Translations under genes and position numbers: made by a program
Assembly: GCA_045545295.1 (NCBI GenBank)
Contig: JAZQAO010000027.1
Span: 11,538 to 75,537 of the forward strand
Direction: 5' to 3'
Length of the DNA: 64,000 nt
Source of the DNA: Clostridia bacterium
Lineage (GTDB): Bacteria; Bacillota; Clostridia; UMGS1883
Shown here: positions 38,290 through 46,332 of the stretch, in pieces
How positions within the stretch are numbered: the stretch's first letter is position 1
How the letters are laid out: each line of letters opens with the position of its first letter
Notes under the pieces: model-generated
Database searches by the model: none
What the model was told of the DNA's origin: nothing
What the model saw: the letters and a program-made list of their open reading frames with translations, nothing else

Positions 38290-40176
38290 TTAACAGTTAT
38301 TTTTCCAAAGCAGTGCCGCACCTATTATTCCGGCATCATTGCCAAGTGCAGCGATTTTTACTTCTGTCTGCTTTTTTCCAAACCGTGAAAATGCATATTT
38401 TTCCACGTTTTTCCTTACGGGTTTCAGTATTTTTTCTCCTGCATTGCTTACCCCGCCGCCAAGGCATATAACCTCCGGTTGGAAGATGTTCACTATATTA
38501 ACTACTCCCTCTGAAAGGTAACCGAGGTAGTTTTTAATTACGTTCTTTGCAACTTTATCCTTTGCTGTAAATGCAGTTTTGCCGTTTACTTTGGAAAGGC
38601 TCTTTGAAACACTCCACATATCACTATCCGGGTTTTCCTTCATAGCCTTTTTCGTCTGATTTATAAGAGCTGTTGCAGATGCATATGCCTCAAAACAGCC
38701 TTTTCTTCCGCAGGTGCATTTTTCTCCCCCTGCGATAAGCGTCATATGCCCAATTTCCGCACCTTTTCCGTAAGCACCTGTTAAAAGATGTCCGTTTTCT
38801 ATAATACCGCTGCCTACACCTGTACCGAGGGTTATCATTACAAGACTGTCTGTACCTTTTCCGCTTCCTGCAAGATACTCCCCCCATGCGGCAGCATTGG
38901 CATCGTTTTCCACATAGACTTTTTTGCCGAGAAGCTTTTCCATATACTCTGTAATGGGAACATCGTAAAAATCAAGATTGTTGGAAAACTCAATATTTCC
39001 GTTTTCTTTATCTATTGCACCGGGGCAGCCGATACCCACCGACACCACATCGTCAAAGCTTATTCCGCTTTCCTTAGCGGCATCCTTTGCACATTCTGCC
39101 ATATCAGAAAAAATTTCCTGATAAGAACGTGGTGCATTTGTTTTTCTTGTGCTTCTGCCGTAAATTATGCCGTCTTCATCAACTACCGCAGCGGCAATAT
39201 TTGTACCGCCAAGGTCTATACCCACATAATATTTCGGCTGATTGGTTGTAAGAAGAATTGTTGTCTTTCCTGAAAGGGCATATTCTCCCATACCGGCAGG
39301 GATAAATACTGTTTCCCCTACCTTTATTTGCTGTTTATAGTTCTCCGTAGTAAGCTCTGCTTCTCCGTCTACAACAATTATTGCGTGATAACTTTTTTCG
39401 TCTGCATTAAGGGTTTTACTTCCTGAAAGTTTGATTTCTTTCACCGCAAAATATTCACAGCTGCCGAGAAGTCTTGCCCCGTCAGAGCAAAGGGGGATTT
39501 TCCTTATCTCTGTCTTTTTACAGTTTGATGCTTTTACGCCTTTTTCCACGTGAAGTTCACGGGGATTTCCGTTTTTGTCACGTCTGTCATAATCATAAAG
39601 GCGGTATGTAACGTTACTGTTCTGCTGAATTTCAGCAATAAGGTTTCCTTTGCCTATTGCGTGAATTGTACCTGCTTCAACAAAGAATACGTCCCCTTTT
39701 TTTGAGTTCACTGTTCCAAGAAGATTTTCTACATTGTTTTCAATAATCGCCTTTTTCAACTCTTCCTTTGTTGTATCTTCCTTAACTCCATATGTAATAC
39801 GGGCATCCTTATCCGCTTCCACCACATACCACATTTCAGTTTTGCCGTTCTGTCCCTCAAGCTCTTTCGCCATAGCGTTATCGGGATGCACCTGCACACT
39901 GAGATTATCCGCAGCATCAATAAGCTTGATAAGAATGGGAAGCTCGCCTGTCTTACAAAGTGTACCAAGGCATTCGGGATGGTCTTTTATATATGAATCA
40001 AGGGTGATTCCGTCAAATTCTCCGCCCGTGATAACACTCATTCCGTCTTTATGACAGCTTAATTCCCAGCTTTCTGCAAGAGGGGAAATATCTGTTTCTT
40101 TAGCGTATTTTGTGCGGAGCTTTTCTCCGCCCCATAAGTAATCTTTATATACTGCTTTTAATTTCAATGGTTTCAT
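38290..40176 (-). CDS. Fused type I mannose-6-phosphate isomerase and ROK-family sugar kinase
   Basis: N-half LSVQVHP, KTEMW, GTIHAIG, EIQQNSNVTYRLYDYDR; C-half GIDLGGT, ENDANAAA, GTGVG, EIGH, CTCGRKGCFE; single open frame. Confidence 0.85.
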   Translation of the reverse strand: MKPLKLKAVYKDYLWGGEKLRTKYAKETDISPLAESWELSCHKDGMSVITGGEFDGITLDSYIKDHPECLGTLCKTGELPILIKLIDAADNLSVQVHPDNAMAKELEGQNGKTEMWYVVEADKDARITYGVKEDTTKEELKKAIIENNVENLLGTVNSKKGDVFFVEAGTIHAIGKGNLIAEIQQNSNVTYRLYDYDRRDKNGNPRELHVEKGVKASNCKKTEIRKIPLCSDGARLLGSCEYFAVKEIKLSGSKTLNADEKSYHAIIVVDGEAELTTENYKQQIKVGETVFIPAGMGEYALSGKTTILLTTNQPKYYVGIDLGGTNIAAAVVDEDGIIYGRSTRKTNAPRSYQEIFSDMAECAKDAAKESGISFDDVVSVGIGCPGAIDKENGNIEFSNNLDFYDVPITEYMEKLLGKKVYVENDANAAAWGEYLAGSGKGTDSLVMITLGTGVGSGIIENGHLLTGAYGKGAEIGHMTLIAGGEKCTCGRKGCFEAYASATALINQTKKAMKENPDSDMWSVSKSLSKVNGKTAFTAKDKVAKNVIKNYLGYLSEGVVNIVNIFQPEVICLGGGVSNAGEKILKPVRKNVEKYAFSRFGKKQTEVKIAALGNDAGIIGAALLWKNNC

Positions 40177-40293
40177 TTTATCACCGTTTTCTTTATATAT
40201 ATGTGCATATTATAACAGTTATTTTATATTTTGACAATGGATAAAACAAAATTACTTGATTGTTTCAAAATTATTTAAGTTATAACAGAGCAA

Positions 40294-40358
40294 GGGTGCC
40301 ACGAAAAAAAGTTCCGTAACACCCTCACTATTATATAAACTCATGGCAAAGTTTATAT
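40294..40358 (-). terminator. Double-hairpin operon-end element (copy 2)
   Basis: GGGTGCCACG...CGTAACACCC stem plus TTATATAAACTCATGGCAAAGTTTATAT, as at 14401..14462. Confidence 0.6.
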
Positions 40359-40363
40359 CAATA

Positions 40364-41740
40364 TTATGCTTGTTTCAGAAAAAGCATTTTGTTTTTATTT
40401 ACGACAAATTCAGAAGCTTTCTCTTCTGTTTCACGGTTTATCCATTCACCATTAAGCTTAATAGTATAATCTCCGTCTGTAATATTGGAAACAATAAGAT
40501 ACTGTTCTTCATTTGTAAAGAGACTGATATACACATCTTCGGGAATTTCTGATTTGATGAAATCAGCTTCACGGATTTCCATTCTTACAACAGATTCTTC
40601 CGCTACCATAGGCTTATAAAGCTTCAAGTATTTTGTCGCTCTCTCAATTTCCTGCGGGTCATCAGGGATTGAAGACCATTCGCTGTACGTTCCTTCGCCT
40701 GTAGCTTCGTAGTGTTTTGCAGCACGTTCGTGGAAATCATTACCTTCGCCGTCAAACTCTTCCGAAACATAATATGTTACGCCTTCAACTTCACCATACT
40801 GAGTAATGGGCCTTCCATGATACAGAATCGGAAACTGAACAAAAGGAAGTGTGCAGCTATATGCAAGGTCGGGGTCATCAAGGGTGCTTGTTCTTCTGTC
40901 GAAGGCAGGAACAATATACTTTTCTGCACCACGGCATCTTGTAATTACCTCTTTAACATCACGCACGCCCTCTCCTACCCACAGATAGTCGTAAACTTTT
41001 ACATCTGCTTTAGGAATTCCGTATCCTGTAATATGAAGCTTATAGATAAGTCCTCTGCGCTTACATTCGTTGTAAACCATTGCAAGAAAATCTTCAAGCT
41101 CCGGTTCATACGGAAGGTCGTCATATTCGCCATTGTATGATCCGTATTTTCTGATTTGTTCAAAATATTTGATATTGTGCCAGTCATAACCCATATCATT
41201 ATAAATGCCGTCAAAGCCATAACGATCAACCGTATCAAACAATTTGTCCCATAAGAATTCACGCCACTGGGGACTTCCATGCCAACATACTGCAAGATTC
41301 AGAATTCCACCTCGAAGAATAGCATCCTTATAGCGCTGATATTCTTCTTTATAACCCGAATGTGTCATATCAAGAAAGCCTGTTGAAAGATAAACAAGAA
41401 CCTTTATATCATACTTATGACAAAGCTTTATAAAGTTTTTCATACCCTCCTCGTCGTGACTTGAATAGTCATCACCACCATATAATCTGCACCAGTCGTG
41501 CCAGTCACTGTGTACCTGAATCAATTCGAAACCACGTTCTTTAAGGCTTTTAATGAGATTTTCGTCATATTCGGTAGGTTCAATTTTGAAAGGGTTCGGA
41601 TAATCCCCCAGATGATATGTAACCTGCCCGGGCATATAGTCTGTAATTCTCATTTTCTGTCCGAATTTTTTTACACTGTTATACGCCATATTGATATTAT
41701 CAATACGTTTTTTCTGTATTTCACAATTCATTGTTGTCAT
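40364..41740 (-). CDS. Hypothetical TIM-barrel glycoside-hydrolase-like protein
   Basis: Long ORF with FIKLCHKYDIKVLVY and GFDGIYND patterns typical of (beta/alpha)8 GH-like folds; family not resolved. Confidence 0.5.
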   Translation of the reverse strand: MTTMNCEIQKKRIDNINMAYNSVKKFGQKMRITDYMPGQVTYHLGDYPNPFKIEPTEYDENLIKSLKERGFELIQVHSDWHDWCRLYGGDDYSSHDEEGMKNFIKLCHKYDIKVLVYLSTGFLDMTHSGYKEEYQRYKDAILRGGILNLAVCWHGSPQWREFLWDKLFDTVDRYGFDGIYNDMGYDWHNIKYFEQIRKYGSYNGEYDDLPYEPELEDFLAMVYNECKRRGLIYKLHITGYGIPKADVKVYDYLWVGEGVRDVKEVITRCRGAEKYIVPAFDRRTSTLDDPDLAYSCTLPFVQFPILYHGRPITQYGEVEGVTYYVSEEFDGEGNDFHERAAKHYEATGEGTYSEWSSIPDDPQEIERATKYLKLYKPMVAEESVVRMEIREADFIKSEIPEDVYISLFTNEEQYLIVSNITDGDYTIKLNGEWINRETEEKASEFVVNKNKMLFLKQA

Positions 41741-41765
41741 ATATTTTCTCCTTTTACGGGGCGCA

Positions 41766-44540
41766 TCAGATTATGATAATCACATCATAAACCTGTCCCG
41801 ATGTTCGTATTGCAAGCACCTTCACGCTTGTGTCAAAATCTGTAAATTCCGAACCTGACAGATTTGCAGAGGTTATGGCTGAGTCGTAATGGGTAATTTT
41901 TTTGAGTTCTTTTGTTTCTTTATTGAAAAGCATTATATTACCCTCTGTACGCCAGAGATTTACCCAGAAGGTATCCGCCGTGGGAGCTGCTACTCCGTTT
42001 GTATCTACGTAGTTTTCATTTGCTTTGCAGAATACACTGAAGCGTCCTTCTTTTGCAGCACAAAGGTAACCCAGCATATAGGTATTTGAATTTTTAAGAG
42101 TTCCTTCTACAAAGCAGTAGTCGGGGTCATTATCTCGGAGGGGCGAGTATATAAGCCTTGCCATTTTAATTTCAGAATCTGATGTAAAGCTAACCTGCAG
42201 AACATCACCTTTTCGAAGTTTTCCGTCAGAGCCAGGATAACGCTTTTTCACAGTATCCTCAAAAAGACCTGCATCCTCTTCGTAATATGTCATAACACGG
42301 CCTGCAAACCAGCCGGTAACCTGCGTTTTTATTTCACCGTAGGGGTCTTTTACATCTACAGCTTTCTCAACAGTAAATGTACGGTACTGATATCCCGTGG
42401 GAGGCATTCCCACAACTACCGCACCAAGCTCCCATGTTTCGTCTGCGTCATAGCCTTTTGTCCAGGCTTTTCTTGAGAAATAAGCAAGATAGTTTGCATA
42501 ATCTACAGCCTGCACCTTTGTTTCGTCAGAGGTCTGCATCTGAGAATTGTCCGAGAACACACAGAATACCTTTGTATTTTTTGAGATAATATGGTTACCT
42601 GCAATACTTCTTGCTTCATGTCCGATGTAGGGATCCCACATATCGTCACCGCTTGACCAGTCAAGACTGAATTTCTCTAAGTCAAAGCCAAAAGGACCGC
42701 TGTCAACCGTGTTATCAATCTCAATAGCAGAAAGCTCTGCTTTGGAGTTGATTGTTACCTTTATAAGCTGCGGAATAGCGATTCCGTTTGAATCTACAAT
42801 ACGTCTGTCAGAGAACAGGCTTTCGGGATTCTGCCCTTTTACTTTGTCTATGGAAATTTTTTCTTTTGCCGTTACAACCATTGTAACGTCGTCTTCAGTA
42901 TGGATTTTAAAGCATATCTTTTTACCGCCGAGTGGGTCTTTATCAGTCCCTATTCTGAGAAGGTAGGCATATTTATTATATCCTTCCACTTCTTCAAGCA
43001 GTGAAATTTCGCCTTCAAAGTTGAAATATGCCTTATAGTAGCTTCCTGAAGATGGTTTAGGACAAATGAAAGGCTTTTCTGTCATAAGTCTTACATATTC
43101 GTCAGAAAGCTTCGCCTCTTCTTCCCCGTAATATACGGTTGTTTCAGAATCTTCTTCCGCAATTGAATCTACCTGTATTTCCTTTGTGTTCTTTGAACAT
43201 ACAAAGCGGATTTTCGTGTCATCTTTGCTTTTGAATACAGAAAGGACACTGCCTGCTGTAATGTCAATTGCCTCCCCTTTTGTACCGTCGGCATTTTCAA
43301 AGACAACACTCTTGTAATCTTCGTAATCGATTTTTATATATTCTTCGGGGGCGTATCTTGCTGTGATTTTTTTATTGTCCGGGAAATGTGATGCAACGAT
43401 AACATCAACATATTCTTCGGCAAACACAAGCTCATACACACCGTCACAGTCTGCATCAAGAAGCTTAAGATAACCGTGATTTATTTTAAGTGTATCTTTT
43501 GTGAAGCTACCATCTACAGCACCGTTGTATAAAAGGTCTGCATACTTGTCAATTCTGAAGTTTTTCTTCTTTCCGTTAACCTTTGCAACAATGCAGGTCT
43601 TTGAAAAAGACTTGTCATCAATAACAAGGTCTTCTGCCTTTATTGTAACAGTTTCGTTTTTGCCGGGTGTAGGATAAGCATAAAGCAGAGTAAGGTTTCC
43701 TGTATCATTTTTGTAGTAATAGTTTACTGTCTGTCCGAGATAGTCGCGCACGCTTTCATTTTCATTGCGAAGTACAAGTTCACCTATCTTAACATACGCT
43801 TCGCCAAGCTTGCTTTTTCCGTTAACTGCAGTAACACCATTATCTGTCATACGGTCTTCGGCAAGGTAAATATCGTGATAAACATTCATGAGAAGTCTGT
43901 CAGATGAGTTTTCGTAGTAGGCTTTGTCGCTTCCTACGGCTACAATATCAAGAACTTCTGTTTCCATTGCCTGCAGCATAAGCTGTGATGCAAGGTCAAA
44001 TGTAATGGGTGCATCCCAGTTATCAGGAGAATTTTTTATAAGTCCAAGGTCAAGGGCATATTTTACATAGCCTGTGCTGTAACCGCCTTTTGCATCTGCA
44101 ACAGGCTGATAACCAAGTGCACTTAAAATAACCTTTAACGCCTGCAGGTAGGTAACGCTTTCATCGGGATAGAAATTACCGTCACCCTTGCCGTTTAAAA
44201 TGCCGTAAGATGCAAGAGTTGTTATTGCAGAGGCGTGCTCTGTGCTTTCTGTTACATCACCAAAGGAAACTGACTCTGACGACTCAATTTCTTCAATTCC
44301 CAGAAGGTCTGTAACCATACGGGAAAATTCACCGCGGGTAACAGTTTCGTTGTATGCTCTGTCAGAAAAGCTGTAAATTTCAAGAGCAGACAAAATTTCC
44401 ATCTTGTTAATGTATGTAGCGGGTGTACTGCCGTCAGGGGCACCCGCTACGGCGTCAGTCTGTGCAAACGACACAGCAGGTAAAGCTATAATAATAGCAA
44501 GAATCAATATTAAAGATGTAATTTTTTTAGTTATTCTCAC
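41766..44540 (-). CDS. Surface protein with N-terminal SLH domains (~920 aa)
   Basis: GTG start after AGGAGG; VTRGEFS, FGDV, GNFYPDESVTYLQALK; third paralogue of the family. Confidence 0.8.
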   Translation of the reverse strand: MRITKKITSLILILAIIIALPAVSFAQTDAVAGAPDGSTPATYINKMEILSALEIYSFSDRAYNETVTRGEFSRMVTDLLGIEEIESSESVSFGDVTESTEHASAITTLASYGILNGKGDGNFYPDESVTYLQALKVILSALGYQPVADAKGGYSTGYVKYALDLGLIKNSPDNWDAPITFDLASQLMLQAMETEVLDIVAVGSDKAYYENSSDRLLMNVYHDIYLAEDRMTDNGVTAVNGKSKLGEAYVKIGELVLRNENESVRDYLGQTVNYYYKNDTGNLTLLYAYPTPGKNETVTIKAEDLVIDDKSFSKTCIVAKVNGKKKNFRIDKYADLLYNGAVDGSFTKDTLKINHGYLKLLDADCDGVYELVFAEEYVDVIVASHFPDNKKITARYAPEEYIKIDYEDYKSVVFENADGTKGEAIDITAGSVLSVFKSKDDTKIRFVCSKNTKEIQVDSIAEEDSETTVYYGEEEAKLSDEYVRLMTEKPFICPKPSSGSYYKAYFNFEGEISLLEEVEGYNKYAYLLRIGTDKDPLGGKKICFKIHTEDDVTMVVTAKEKISIDKVKGQNPESLFSDRRIVDSNGIAIPQLIKVTINSKAELSAIEIDNTVDSGPFGFDLEKFSLDWSSGDDMWDPYIGHEARSIAGNHIISKNTKVFCVFSDNSQMQTSDETKVQAVDYANYLAYFSRKAWTKGYDADETWELGAVVVGMPPTGYQYRTFTVEKAVDVKDPYGEIKTQVTGWFAGRVMTYYEEDAGLFEDTVKKRYPGSDGKLRKGDVLQVSFTSDSEIKMARLIYSPLRDNDPDYCFVEGTLKNSNTYMLGYLCAAKEGRFSVFCKANENYVDTNGVAAPTADTFWVNLWRTEGNIMLFNKETKELKKITHYDSAITSANLSGSEFTDFDTSVKVLAIRTSGQVYDVIIII

Positions 44541-44552
44541 TTTTATTCCTCC

Positions 44553-46319
44553 TTACCTGTTTAATAAGGCGCAAATAAGTTTTGCCGCCTGTCCTCTTGT
44601 CAATGCCCCGAAAGGCTTAAAGCTTCCGTCTTCAAAACCGTTTATAACTCCTGCGCCTGCAAGAGAGCTTACACTTTCCTTTGCATAATCGGAAACTGTA
44701 TCAGCATCTGTAAGTTCGGTTTTTCCTGAAAGAGCTATATTTTTAACATTACATATTCTGTAAAGCATTACAGCCGCATCCTGACGTGTAACGGTGGCTT
44801 CGGGTGCAAACATATCTGCGGAAACACCGTTTGTTATACCATTCGCCACTGCAATCTTCACAAAAGCTTCTGACCAGCGTCCGCTTTCCACGTCGATAAA
44901 GTCACAATCTGCTTCACCGCTGAGGTCAAAAGCACTTACAAGCATCTTTATAAACTGTTCACGCGTAACCGTATTTTCAGGTTTGAAGCTTCCGTCCTCA
45001 AAGCCGTTTATTACACCTTTTTCTGAAAGTGTATTTACTGATTCATACGCCCAATGTGTAGATGATAAATCATTATACTTTTCAGTTGTCTGCGGTTTTT
45101 CTTCGGGAGCAGGAACATCTTCCTTTGTCATCCAGCTGTCATCATGTGATGAAGACGGTGCACCGCCTCCTCCACCTCCGGCTCCTCCACCGCCACCGGC
45201 ACCGGAGTTTCCTTTTTCATCAAGGATTGTCTTACGCTCTTCAAATGAATCTGCCACGCTTGACGCACTTGTGAAGTCCTGACCTACAAATGCTTTATTT
45301 ACTTCGTATGCACTGTACTTTCTGCAGTAGGATTCATACTCATCAATGTCTATTCTCAGTGTGTCTGCATACTTTTTAATTACATCCGTAACAGTATCTG
45401 AATCCTTGCTGTTAACTGCGGACAAAGCTACTGCTTCTGCTATAGTGTCTTTTACTTCTTTCATTGAACCGGGATTTTTTTCTCTGAAAATTGTTGCCGT
45501 AAGGCTATGCACTTCAGCCGACATTTTTGTATAATCATCATTATTTTCAGAAAAATCGTAACCGATTAATTCTTCATATTCTTCCACAAAGGCTTTTACA
45601 TCCGAAGCAGAGGGATTTTCAGCTAATTTCAGAAGATAAGTCGCATAATCCCACGTCTTAAGAACATCGTTAAGGCTATTAAGTTCGACAATATCGTTAT
45701 CCCTTACACTTACAAAAAGAGAGTGAATTGTATCTTTATCAGCTTCATAATTTTCATCAAGATTTACACCCAGTAAAAGCTCATTCTCTTTTAAAAGTGT
45801 ACCTATCTGTGATTCTGATGCGTTTTGGAAATCGCTTAAAAGCTCATTTTCTATGGTTTCGGCAGTTTTATACATACGTAAATAAGATGAAGAAACTCTG
45901 TTTTTTCCACCGCCTGATACCTGAATAATTATATACTGTCCGTCTGTCACAGAATCACTTATCGGGATTTTTGCAAAAAAGCTTCCGTCACTGTATGCAA
46001 CTACTTCCCTGATACGTATAACCTTATCAAGACCTGTAATGGGAAAAACAGATGCAGGGTCTTTTACAATTTCACCTGTTACAGGGTCTGTGACATCTTC
46101 AAGACTGAAACTTCCGTCTGTTGACGGATCATATATAAGCACTGTAAGGTGCTGTCCGTATGCTGCAGGAGTTACTCCCGAAACTTCTATATACGCTTCA
46201 TCGGTTGCATATGAAAACCGAATGTCTGCCGATTTAAGCTCTGCCGCACCTGCATTAAATGAAAAAGCACCGATTATTAATGAAAGTGTCAGAACTAATA
46301 TAAAAATATGTTTTTTCAT
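44553..46319 (-). CDS. Surface protein with three C-terminal SLH domains
   Basis: ATG at 46319 after GGAGG; Gly-rich linker; HWAYES..GFEDGSFKPENTVTREQF, VTRQDAA, LTRGQAA. Confidence 0.85.
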   Translation of the reverse strand: MKKHIFILVLTLSLIIGAFSFNAGAAELKSADIRFSYATDEAYIEVSGVTPAAYGQHLTVLIYDPSTDGSFSLEDVTDPVTGEIVKDPASVFPITGLDKVIRIREVVAYSDGSFFAKIPISDSVTDGQYIIIQVSGGGKNRVSSSYLRMYKTAETIENELLSDFQNASESQIGTLLKENELLLGVNLDENYEADKDTIHSLFVSVRDNDIVELNSLNDVLKTWDYATYLLKLAENPSASDVKAFVEEYEELIGYDFSENNDDYTKMSAEVHSLTATIFREKNPGSMKEVKDTIAEAVALSAVNSKDSDTVTDVIKKYADTLRIDIDEYESYCRKYSAYEVNKAFVGQDFTSASSVADSFEERKTILDEKGNSGAGGGGGAGGGGGGAPSSSHDDSWMTKEDVPAPEEKPQTTEKYNDLSSTHWAYESVNTLSEKGVINGFEDGSFKPENTVTREQFIKMLVSAFDLSGEADCDFIDVESGRWSEAFVKIAVANGITNGVSADMFAPEATVTRQDAAVMLYRICNVKNIALSGKTELTDADTVSDYAKESVSSLAGAGVINGFEDGSFKPFGALTRGQAAKLICALLNR

Positions 46320-46332
46320 ATACAAATCCTCC

